Below are positions 9,609-16,815 of a stretch of 38,738 nt of DNA, one piece after another. The position numbers were made by a program, and so were the translations under genes. Each line of letters begins with the position of its first letter. Positions within the stretch are counted from its first letter, which is position 1. The notes under the pieces are model-generated. The model was given only the letters and a program-made list of their open reading frames with translations. It made no database searches and was not told the origin of the DNA. Origin of the DNA: Bdellovibrionota bacterium (GTDB taxonomy: Bacteria > Bdellovibrionota > UBA1018 > UBA923); NCBI GenBank assembly GCA_040754655.1, contig JBFMCE010000032.1, positions 1-38,738 of the forward strand. Reading direction: 5' to 3'.

Positions 9609-10278
9609 CATTTCTTCCTTGAATGAGTGACAGGTTTTCAGGGACATCGAATTCAACTTTTCCGCTTCTGATGTCGTACAAAGATCCCACGACCAAGAGG
9701 CGTTCCTTTTCGATGTATTCGTTCAATAGCGGGCTTCTCTTTTGAATCATTTCAACCGAGTGCCGGATATTTTCTTGGGTAGCGCTGTGTTCCAAAGCTT
9801 TGCGGTCTGAGAGGTCTGTGGACTTGGACATCGCCGTTTTGACCGCGGGCCTGATGCGCATGATGAGTTTCTCAAGATTGGGCGTTAGCTGCTTGTTCTG
9901 GTTCAATTCAGATTCAACAGTGGTGTGTATGGCGCCGCATCCGACATGGCCCATGACCACGCACAGTTTTGTCTCGAAGCTCAATACAGCAAATTCAATG
10001 CTGGCAAGAAGAGAAGGCGCGACGATATTGCCGGCCACCCGTATTACGAACAAATCCCCCAGGCCTTGGTCGAAGACCATTTCTGTCGGGACCCGCGAGT
10101 CCGAGCAAGTGAGAACGATGGCGAAAGGCGATTGTCCTTTTTCAGCAAGTTCTTTGAGTCTGTCCATGGTTTGAAAGCTCTCTACCGAACGTAATCCGTT
10201 CACGAAACGGTGGTTGCCTTCAATCAACAGATTCAACGCTTCAATCGACGACGAAATCTTCTTCTTTTTCGTATTCAT
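9571..10278 (-). CDS. Beta-class carbonic anhydrase
   Basis: Zn ligands CSDSRV and GHVGCGA, GDLFVIRVAGN, N-terminal LIEGNHRF; strong AGGAGG SD. Confidence 0.95.
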   Translation of the reverse strand: MNTKKKKISSSIEALNLLIEGNHRFVNGLRSVESFQTMDRLKELAEKGQSPFAIVLTCSDSRVPTEMVFDQGLGDLFVIRVAGNIVAPSLLASIEFAVLSFETKLCVVMGHVGCGAIHTTVESELNQNKQLTPNLEKLIMRIRPAVKTAMSKSTDLSDRKALEHSATQENIRHSVEMIQKRSPLLNEYIEKERLLVVGSLYDIRSGKVEFDVPENLSLIQGRNDGHKYQKAVDSN

Positions 10279-10283
10279 GATCT

Positions 10284-10345
10284 ACCTCCTATAAAAAAAA
10301 TGAACGAGCGAACAGTTTAAAGTGAACGCTCACGCTTTGGGAGGT
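10284..10345 (-). promoter_or_regulatory. Predicted mRNA hairpin sequestering the carbonic anhydrase SD (attenuator-like)
   Basis: mRNA ACCUCC (10345-10340, in the Lys-Pro-Pro codons of the upstream ORF) is complementary to SD GGAGGU (10289-10284). Inner stem GUGAGCG/CGCUCGU and a U8 tract lie between them. Confidence 0.55.
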
Positions 10346-10647
10346 TTGGTGCAGACAGCGAGGTACTGGCTCGTGAGGCTTGAATTGTCTTCAGGCCAGG
10401 CCAATGAGTGGTGAAGGTCAAAATCATGGTTTGTAGCCGAGAGTACGGCTGGGTCTTGCAGCTTTTCTGATTCAAAGGAGCTGCTCTCTTCACAGTCGCG
10501 GGATTCGTCATCAACGCTTGTCGAGCAGACTACGAAATCGTTTGCCCCAGCGGCCTGCAGAGCGCCAGGGAAGTGGGAGAAAAACACGCACGACACTATG
10601 AGCGCGCAGATCAAGGTTGAGAATTTTGAGATCAGGCTCTTCGACAT
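10330..10647 (-). CDS. Small exported/leader protein ending in ...TKPPKA (candidate ribosome-arrest leader peptide)
   Basis: N-terminal hydrophobic signal, acidic/Cys/His middle, terminal KPP; ends 51 nt upstream of the carbonic anhydrase start. Confidence 0.6.
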   Translation of the reverse strand: MSKSLISKFSTLICALIVSCVFFSHFPGALQAAGANDFVVCSTSVDDESRDCEESSSFESEKLQDPAVLSATNHDFDLHHSLAWPEDNSSLTSQYLAVCTKPPKA

Positions 10648-10781
10648 CTATGCAAGATGGTAAACAGATTTTCGGCGCAACTCAAGTCGGCAAAATTTTT
10701 TGTGGGTAATTTTTCCGACTGAGCGGCTTTATAAATCGTTTTTATTTTACTCGCTTCGATTGAAGCGAATCAAGTTTGAGT

Positions 10782-11411
10782 TTAAAGCGAAGCCCGGGGC
10801 GGACGCCCTGGTTTTGGATCGTTTACCCCTCTATGGGGAAGAAAGAACCCAAGAGACTCGAGATGGCTGCGCGAGGCATCGATGATATCGCTTGCCAGAT
10901 CTTCTTTGTAACGCTTGAGTTGCCTGCGACCCTTTCGGCTCAGAGTCATGAGTTTCCCCGCGGTCGGATATTCATCGCAATAACCTTTCAGGTCCGCGAG
11001 ATAATCTACTAAAAATTTGGCCTCTGAAACCGCTAGGCCACAGTCTTTGACGTCTCTTCCGGCAGTGATGAGTTCGTCGCAATGGGCCGACGTGCTTGCC
11101 ATGAGGTCTGCCGATCCGATAGTTGCGATGTACTTCTCAGCCAACTCGCATGCGCCGTCTTCTGAAGTGAGGCGGGCGTATTCGCCGCCTCTTTGCAACT
11201 CGATGCGTTTGTAATGGTCAGTCAGCGCTTGCACTTCGCGAGAGGCCCGAGGATCGGCACCGCCAGAATTCAATGGAGCGTTTGACGAGGCAGCCGGGGG
11301 GCCACCTGCTCCGTCGTCGCCAGTGCCAGACTGTGTTTGGTCGTCACCTCCGCATCCTGAGACGAGAGTAACCGTTAAAAGCGCCATCAATGACACGAAA
11401 GCGTGTTTCAT
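10782..11411 (-). CDS. Hypothetical lipoprotein
   Basis: Lipobox LVSG|C, Gly/Asp/Pro-rich tether, helical domain with four further Cys; AAGGA SD. Confidence 0.75.
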   Translation of the reverse strand: MKHAFVSLMALLTVTLVSGCGGDDQTQSGTGDDGAGGPPAASSNAPLNSGGADPRASREVQALTDHYKRIELQRGGEYARLTSEDGACELAEKYIATIGSADLMASTSAHCDELITAGRDVKDCGLAVSEAKFLVDYLADLKGYCDEYPTAGKLMTLSRKGRRQLKRYKEDLASDIIDASRSHLESLGFFLPHRGVNDPKPGRPPRASL

Positions 11412-11449
11412 AACTTTACGATCCTTTCTTTGAGATCAACTGACCTTAA

Positions 11450-11466
11450 AGCAACCCTCGTACCAG
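11450..11466 (-). promoter_or_regulatory. Sigma54 (-24/-12) promoter for the lipoprotein gene
   Basis: Minus strand CTGGTACGAGGGTTGCT is a near-exact match to TGGCACG-N4-TTGCW, about 39 nt upstream of ATG 11411. Confidence 0.7.
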
Positions 11467-11615
11467 CAGGGCTTTGAGCTCAGGTTCAATAGGTTATGTT
11501 TATAGCACTGGGTTGTGATCTGTATTTTTTACATGGCGTGATCATGGGCTAGCCAGTTCATGGCGCTATTAAGGAGAAGTTTTGTGTATTTAAGATGTTG
11601 AAATATAATGACTTT

Positions 11616-13589
11616 TTAGTCGTCCTGTTCAGATAGACCCGCACCACTTGGGAGCCTTTCAAAAAGAGTCTCATCAGAGTCTTCTGACCAAGGAGCGTCA
11701 GCGCTATCAATCTTTGGAAAAGCTTCTGCCATTGCTTCATTGAATTCGGAAACATCTTTTGCCGTGATCGTCACTTTATAGCTCTTGATGGAATTGAGCT
11801 CCTTAGCGATGAGATCAGGTGTTGGATTTGCGACGCCCAAGGCTTCGAGCTTTTGTATTACGCGGTGTTGGTGGAAAAATAGTTTCTGACTTTTCATCTT
11901 GTAAGACAAGCCGGCTTGGGAGAATGCTTTACGCGAGACCTGGGTTTTTACGTGAAATTTAAAGGCGGTGGTGAGCCACTTTTGAGCAAGATAATAGTCT
12001 AGTCGCGCTTCCTTCATTAGTGCCATGACCGTTTCCGCCGCCATTTCTTCTAGGTCGTCCTTTGTAAATTGAAACTGTTTTGTCCAATCAAGCCTTCTGT
12101 ATTCCATTCTTAAAAGCGCCATTCCCTGAATGACAATGGCTTTTTCGATGGCCTTTGTTTTTGTCGAACGATACTCAAGTATCATTCGGTCAAGGCTACT
12201 TCGCTGAGTAGGCTCAACTTGTTTTTTTGACTCGAAATGTCCTTTGGTTCTCTTTTGACCGAAAAGAGCCAATACTTTTTTGTGCTCGTCTGGTGAAAGA
12301 TGCCCCCGCAGATCTTCCAAAGCTCTTGCATGGGTTGTAACTTCTGGGCTCATTTCTGCCGGCGAAGAAAACGGAATAACATAGTTGGGATCCTTAGACT
12401 CGGCCAGTACTCTTCTAGCCTCAGCAACGATGGGCGGCGCGGGAACTTGCTTTCGCTTAGATTTCGGCCTTGAAGCCAGTCTTTCTTTTCTAGCAAGAAC
12501 CTTCTTTGCTTTCATCGCCGCAAGAAGGTCTTTGTATTCTTCATCACTAAGGTAAGTTCTAAGTCGGAGCTCGTTGAGTTGACGGCTGTTTAGAGGGTTG
12601 ATGTTTTCGGTGGTTGACACGTCAGCAATATAAAACTCGTTTTTCGCGGTGGCGGCCCGATACTCCCGAATTAGGCGTCTTGCGTGATCGATCAAGTTTT
12701 TAAGTTCGGGATCAGCCTCGAGGTTGAAGAGCTGGAGCAATTTCTTGTATTTGGATTTGCTGAGCCCTTTCCTCAATTTTATTCGTATCGAGTTCTCACC
12801 CCTCGTCGGGTCCAAGTCCTTCCAAGTCCTCACGGGCATCACGTAACTTTCGCTTCGGGCGTGGGCTTCCTCGGCCTCTGCAAGTAAACGTTTTGCGTAA
12901 GCAGTGAGCGATTCTTTGCCAGCTTTTTGAACCTTTAGATAGGCCGCGTAATCTTTTATGGGGACAGCTTCAAGAGTGGCCGTATAAAACTGTCTCTTGG
13001 ATCTAAATCCAAGCTTGGCTTGCAACTCGGTCAAGGTCTTGACGCTAGGAATGTATCGTTTTTTTTCGGCAGCAGCCTGTGCAGCCGCCGAAATCTCATG
13101 GCGAAGGAAGACAGCTAATTTATCGATTTTTTTGCGTGAACTTCTGAGGATTTCCAGAAAACGAGTTGCGTCTTTTTGTGAGATCTCTCCGCTTTCTCTC
13201 ATTCGAGTGAACGTCACGCCGGCGGGAGGATCTATTTCAGCCACCGTGAAAAAATCAAGTTCTAACGCTTTTCCCTCTCGTTTGGCTATCACCGCTTTTT
13301 CTAAGGTGTCTTTGACGACAGCTTTGATCCGTTCTCTTGGGGACCTATTCTCAGCAAGGGCCTGGATCAAAGTTTCAAAATCTGCGGATGGAAGGGAGTT
13401 TTTTAGGTGGTGTCGGACCGATTTTCTGTCTTTTCCTGAAAAGTCCTCCCATTTTCTTTTTGGGTGCTCAAATGGAATGCTTGTTTCCTTGCTTGTGGAA
13501 TAGGCCGCTATTACTTCCCTAGCTTCTTGAACAAGACGGGCGCGGTCTGGATCAGCCGCGATCCTGTAGATTCTCTCTAATTGATCCAA
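11616..13589 (-). CDS. Helical-repeat protein with C-terminal degenerate RpoH/sigma70-like region 2-3 domain (probable 3' part of a frameshifted gene starting at 14428)
   Basis: About six ~60-aa repeats (ARRLLxE...LxxxLSxEEYxxLLxL). C-terminus has KSQKLFF, NPTPDLIAKEL and DSADAPWSEDSDETL. The TTG start has no properly spaced SD. Confidence 0.7.
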   Translation of the reverse strand: MDQLERIYRIAADPDRARLVQEAREVIAAYSTSKETSIPFEHPKRKWEDFSGKDRKSVRHHLKNSLPSADFETLIQALAENRSPRERIKAVVKDTLEKAVIAKREGKALELDFFTVAEIDPPAGVTFTRMRESGEISQKDATRFLEILRSSRKKIDKLAVFLRHEISAAAQAAAEKKRYIPSVKTLTELQAKLGFRSKRQFYTATLEAVPIKDYAAYLKVQKAGKESLTAYAKRLLAEAEEAHARSESYVMPVRTWKDLDPTRGENSIRIKLRKGLSKSKYKKLLQLFNLEADPELKNLIDHARRLIREYRAATAKNEFYIADVSTTENINPLNSRQLNELRLRTYLSDEEYKDLLAAMKAKKVLARKERLASRPKSKRKQVPAPPIVAEARRVLAESKDPNYVIPFSSPAEMSPEVTTHARALEDLRGHLSPDEHKKVLALFGQKRTKGHFESKKQVEPTQRSSLDRMILEYRSTKTKAIEKAIVIQGMALLRMEYRRLDWTKQFQFTKDDLEEMAAETVMALMKEARLDYYLAQKWLTTAFKFHVKTQVSRKAFSQAGLSYKMKSQKLFFHQHRVIQKLEALGVANPTPDLIAKELNSIKSYKVTITAKDVSEFNEAMAEAFPKIDSADAPWSEDSDETLFERLPSGAGLSEQDD

Positions 13590-14428
13590 TTCCTCTTTTT
13601 AAGTTCTTTTATCAGAGAGTTTGGGAAGGCGAACTTAAGCTGTCCGGGACGCATTCCTTCGATCCATTCTTTCGTAGGTATGAATGCCTCTCCTCGTGCC
13701 GCTGCAGCATTGTCGGCCGCGAGAAGGGATCGCGCTTGTCGAACACCGAGGTTTTCATGAGCGATGCGGCTTCGCGTGCCACCAATGAGTTGTTTTAAGA
13801 GCCCGTATTCGCCATCGTCAAGATGTGATTTAAGCTGGCTGATCAAGGTTTGATAATTTGTCTTTGTGTCGAGTTCTCTTAGGTTGTTGTACCGAGGAGC
13901 GGAAATTTTGCCTGTTGCTTCGAGGGCAAAGTGTTCATCGATGATGGCCCTCGCTCGCTGGACTCCGAGAGGTACTGAAGGAGGTGCTTTTGCAGATGCC
14001 CTGGCGGCCTGAGCAGCGGTCTTTGCCGCTCTTACTTTCTCCCTCGCGGTCGCATCGCTTTCGGTCAGCGCATTTCCTAATTCCTTGAAATCCTCTTTGC
14101 TGAGAATGTGGTTTTTTAGGGCCGCACGAATAGATTCCCTTTTGCGTTTTGGAGCGAGGTCGGTCCAATAACGATACGAAGAACGGAACGAGACCTTATT
14201 CGCTTTTGCAGTTCGATATTCGTCGAGAAGGGCATACGCCTTTTTTTCGAGGTCGCGATATTCTACCGGCAAAACCGGCCTTTGATCTCCAAGGCTATCG
14301 ATGAAGGCTTGGGCCGTCGATTTTACGACATTGCACGGATCTTCGTCCAGTTCGGCCGAAGCTAAGAGCGTGCGACCTCCGGCAAACTGAATCAAAATAA
14401 TGATGAGAGCCCCAAAATAAATCGTCAC
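13577..14428 (-). CDS. Exported helical-repeat protein (5' part of the frameshifted gene)
   Basis: GTG start, hydrophobic signal-like N-terminus ending ASA|E; two complete copies and one interrupted copy of the repeat found in the downstream ORF. Confidence 0.7.
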   Translation of the reverse strand: MTIYFGALIIILIQFAGGRTLLASAELDEDPCNVVKSTAQAFIDSLGDQRPVLPVEYRDLEKKAYALLDEYRTAKANKVSFRSSYRYWTDLAPKRKRESIRAALKNHILSKEDFKELGNALTESDATAREKVRAAKTAAQAARASAKAPPSVPLGVQRARAIIDEHFALEATGKISAPRYNNLRELDTKTNYQTLISQLKSHLDDGEYGLLKQLIGGTRSRIAHENLGVRQARSLLAADNAAAARGEAFIPTKEWIEGMRPGQLKFAFPNSLIKELKKRNWIN

Positions 14429-14487
14429 ATTTACGGATCGGAAATCATTGCGACAAACCCAAGTAGAGCGGTCTAAAATATGGACTT

Positions 14488-14515
14488 CTAAGTTTCTCTG
14501 GGCGGTATCCGATAT
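14488..14515 (+). promoter_or_regulatory. Sigma28/FliA-type promoter
   Basis: CTAAGTTT-N12-TCCGATAT versus consensus TAAAGTTT-N11-GCCGATAA; the GTG start at 14522 follows 6 nt later. Confidence 0.55.
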
Positions 14516-14521
14516 AATAAA

Positions 14522-15592
14522 GTGTACCCATTGTTTAGGGCAGTTTTTGCCGCCTCTGTTGCCATACCTCTTGGTTTAGGGATGATCGCTGGGAAGAGCG
14601 AAGCCGATCATTCAGGCCAATATTCATCACTGGAGCTCTCTGCGCATGAGCCAGGATTCAAGGTCTACGCGGCAGAAAGGGATTCTCGTTTCATCGTCGA
14701 CGCTTGCTCGCATCGAGCGCTAAAAAATCCGGCCGAAGAGAAGTCGCTGGTCCATTGCTTGTTCTACGGTGATGGAGATGAGTTTCATCAGATCTGGGAT
14801 ACCTCGCTGATTTCAAGCAAGCCCAAAATCTTTGATAAAGATGAACTCGAAGCAAACGAGCGCATACGGATACGGCAAGAAAAAACAGTTTCCCGCGAGT
14901 TGCATTTTCACTACGAGATTGATCAGAGCCTGAAGTGGTGGGCAAGGTCTGGAAGCTTGAAGTACGACGCCCTTCATCCAGAGGTCTGGCAAGCAAGTTG
15001 CTGCGTCATGGAAAACGAGAAGTGCAAAACGACGACGACAACTTACGTTGAAGTCAAAAACGAACGCATTTTAAATCGCATCAGGAATAAGGCGCGGTTT
15101 CATGCGTTGCCGCTGATTAAGAAGCCGCTGGGCCTTTTTCTCAATCAAAAAACTTTGGAATGGATTTATGTCGAAGTGACAGCTCATCCCGAACCAAAAG
15201 GTTTGCCCAGCGACTACACCGTGTATATAGGCTCGCCAAAGATGCTGAAGAAGATCGAGGTGCTTGAGGCTAGTTTCAAGAGCGCCAAGATCTTGGTTTC
15301 AGGAAAAAACACGCGGCGTGTGCAGAAGGAGTTGCGACACATGCTTTCAACGAAGCGCGGTTTGATCGCGATCCCAGCGATGACTGAAACAACGCCGGCG
15401 CGTTGGAATGGCCAAGCGGTGCTCAAGCCTATCAAACTTGGAGACGAAAAACTTGCCCTGATCGGAATCCCCAATTCTCAAATGATGAGGGTGAACTTGC
15501 GCTCCCCTTGCGAGCAAAGAGGCCGCGGTTTGGCGAGCGCTTCTCGTTTTAGGGAGATCCAGGCGAAAGATCCCAGTTTAAAAAAACGCTGA
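14522..15592 (+). CDS. Hypothetical exported protein
   Basis: 356-aa ORF with signal-peptide-like N-terminus and six Cys; no family recognised. Confidence 0.65.
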   Translation: MYPLFRAVFAASVAIPLGLGMIAGKSEADHSGQYSSLELSAHEPGFKVYAAERDSRFIVDACSHRALKNPAEEKSLVHCLFYGDGDEFHQIWDTSLISSKPKIFDKDELEANERIRIRQEKTVSRELHFHYEIDQSLKWWARSGSLKYDALHPEVWQASCCVMENEKCKTTTTTYVEVKNERILNRIRNKARFHALPLIKKPLGLFLNQKTLEWIYVEVTAHPEPKGLPSDYTVYIGSPKMLKKIEVLEASFKSAKILVSGKNTRRVQKELRHMLSTKRGLIAIPAMTETTPARWNGQAVLKPIKLGDEKLALIGIPNSQMMRVNLRSPCEQRGRGLASASRFREIQAKDPSLKKR

Positions 15593-15594
15593 GG

Positions 15595-16815
15595 TTAGGC
15601 GGGAATCGACCACTTCTTATAACGCATGAGAAGAAGAAGGCCCGGAATTCCGACCAGCACGCAGACAAGGAAATAATACTCCCAGCCCAGTGTTTTAGCG
15701 AGATAACCAGAAGGCGCGCCTGCAACGTAGCGCGAAAGCGACATGAAGCTTGAGAGCAGCGCATATTGGGTGGCCGTGAATCTTTTATCGCACAAGCTCA
15801 TCATGAACGCCGAGAAGGCAGCAATCCCCATTCCGCTGCAGAAGTTTTCAATCGCGACAGCAGCCACCATGGCAGGATAATTGTGCCCTAGGTGGGCGAG
15901 CCACATGAAGGCCAATCCAGAAGCGGCTTGAGTGATGCCGAAGATCCAAAGCGAGCGCTCCATCTTGAGCTTCACCATCAATGTGCCGCCAACCAGCGTC
16001 CCGGCGATGACCGAGACCATCCCGAAACCCTTGGTAACCGCGCCGATATCAGTTTTGCTAAAGCCGATGTCGAGCATGAACGGGGTGATCATGGCAAGCG
16101 TCAAAGCCACATCAAGCTTGTAAAGGATCATGAAAATCAAGACTTCGATCGCGCCCTTTCTCTTGAAGAACTCAATGAATGGAAGCACTACGGCATCAGT
16201 CAAAGTGCGTGGTGGTTTTTCTTCGATTTGAGGTTCGGGCGCCAGGACCGAGGTCAGCACTCCTGTCGCCATGATGGCCGCCATCACTAGATAAACTGTT
16301 TTCCACGGCAAATGGTCCGCCATGATCAGAGCCACCGCACCTGATGTGATCATCGCGATCCTATAACCCATCACGTACAATCCAGATCCAACCCCGAATT
16401 CGTCCTTGGTCAAGATTTCTGTTTTGTAAGCATCGACCACGATGTCTTGGCTTGCCGAGAAAAACGCCACGATCACCGCCAACGTCGCGACCATTGCGGG
16501 GTTCTGAGAGGGGCTTGAGAACGCCATCGCGGCGATGCCAATAACCAAGCCGATCTGGGTGATCAGCATCCAGCCGCGCCTTCTACCCAAGAAAGGCGGC
16601 ACATATCTGTCCATCAAAGGCGCCCAAAGAAACTTGAGTGCATAGGGCATTCCTACGAGAGAGAAGACTCCGATGACCGTCAGGTCGACTTTCTCGCTGG
16701 CCATCCAAGCTTGAAGGGTAGCGAAGGTAAGGGCGAGAGGAATGCCGCACGAGAATCCTAGAAGCAGGATCGCAGCCATTTTCCAGCTAGCGAAGACGTG
16801 CAGTATCGATTTCAT
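15595..16815 (-). CDS. ampG: AmpG-family muropeptide MFS permease
   Basis: LLGFSCGIPL, LKFLWAPLMDRY..PFLGRRRGWML, SASQDIVVDAY, ATQYALLSS. Confidence 0.93.
   Translation of the reverse strand: MKSILHVFASWKMAAILLLGFSCGIPLALTFATLQAWMASEKVDLTVIGVFSLVGMPYALKFLWAPLMDRYVPPFLGRRRGWMLITQIGLVIGIAAMAFSSPSQNPAMVATLAVIVAFFSASQDIVVDAYKTEILTKDEFGVGSGLYVMGYRIAMITSGAVALIMADHLPWKTVYLVMAAIMATGVLTSVLAPEPQIEEKPPRTLTDAVVLPFIEFFKRKGAIEVLIFMILYKLDVALTLAMITPFMLDIGFSKTDIGAVTKGFGMVSVIAGTLVGGTLMVKLKMERSLWIFGITQAASGLAFMWLAHLGHNYPAMVAAVAIENFCSGMGIAAFSAFMMSLCDKRFTATQYALLSSFMSLSRYVAGAPSGYLAKTLGWEYYFLVCVLVGIPGLLLLMRYKKWSIPA

Noticed and set aside
9571..9656. Frameshifted CA-SulP fusion
   Set aside because: SulP has its own SD and ATG at 9608, both proteins look complete, and I saw no slippery site.
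11412..11755. Missing sigma region 4 hidden in another frame, including ORF 11558-11755
   Set aside because: I found no region-4 HTH-like sequence downstream; the DNA becomes AT-rich and holds the next gene's sigma54 promoter.
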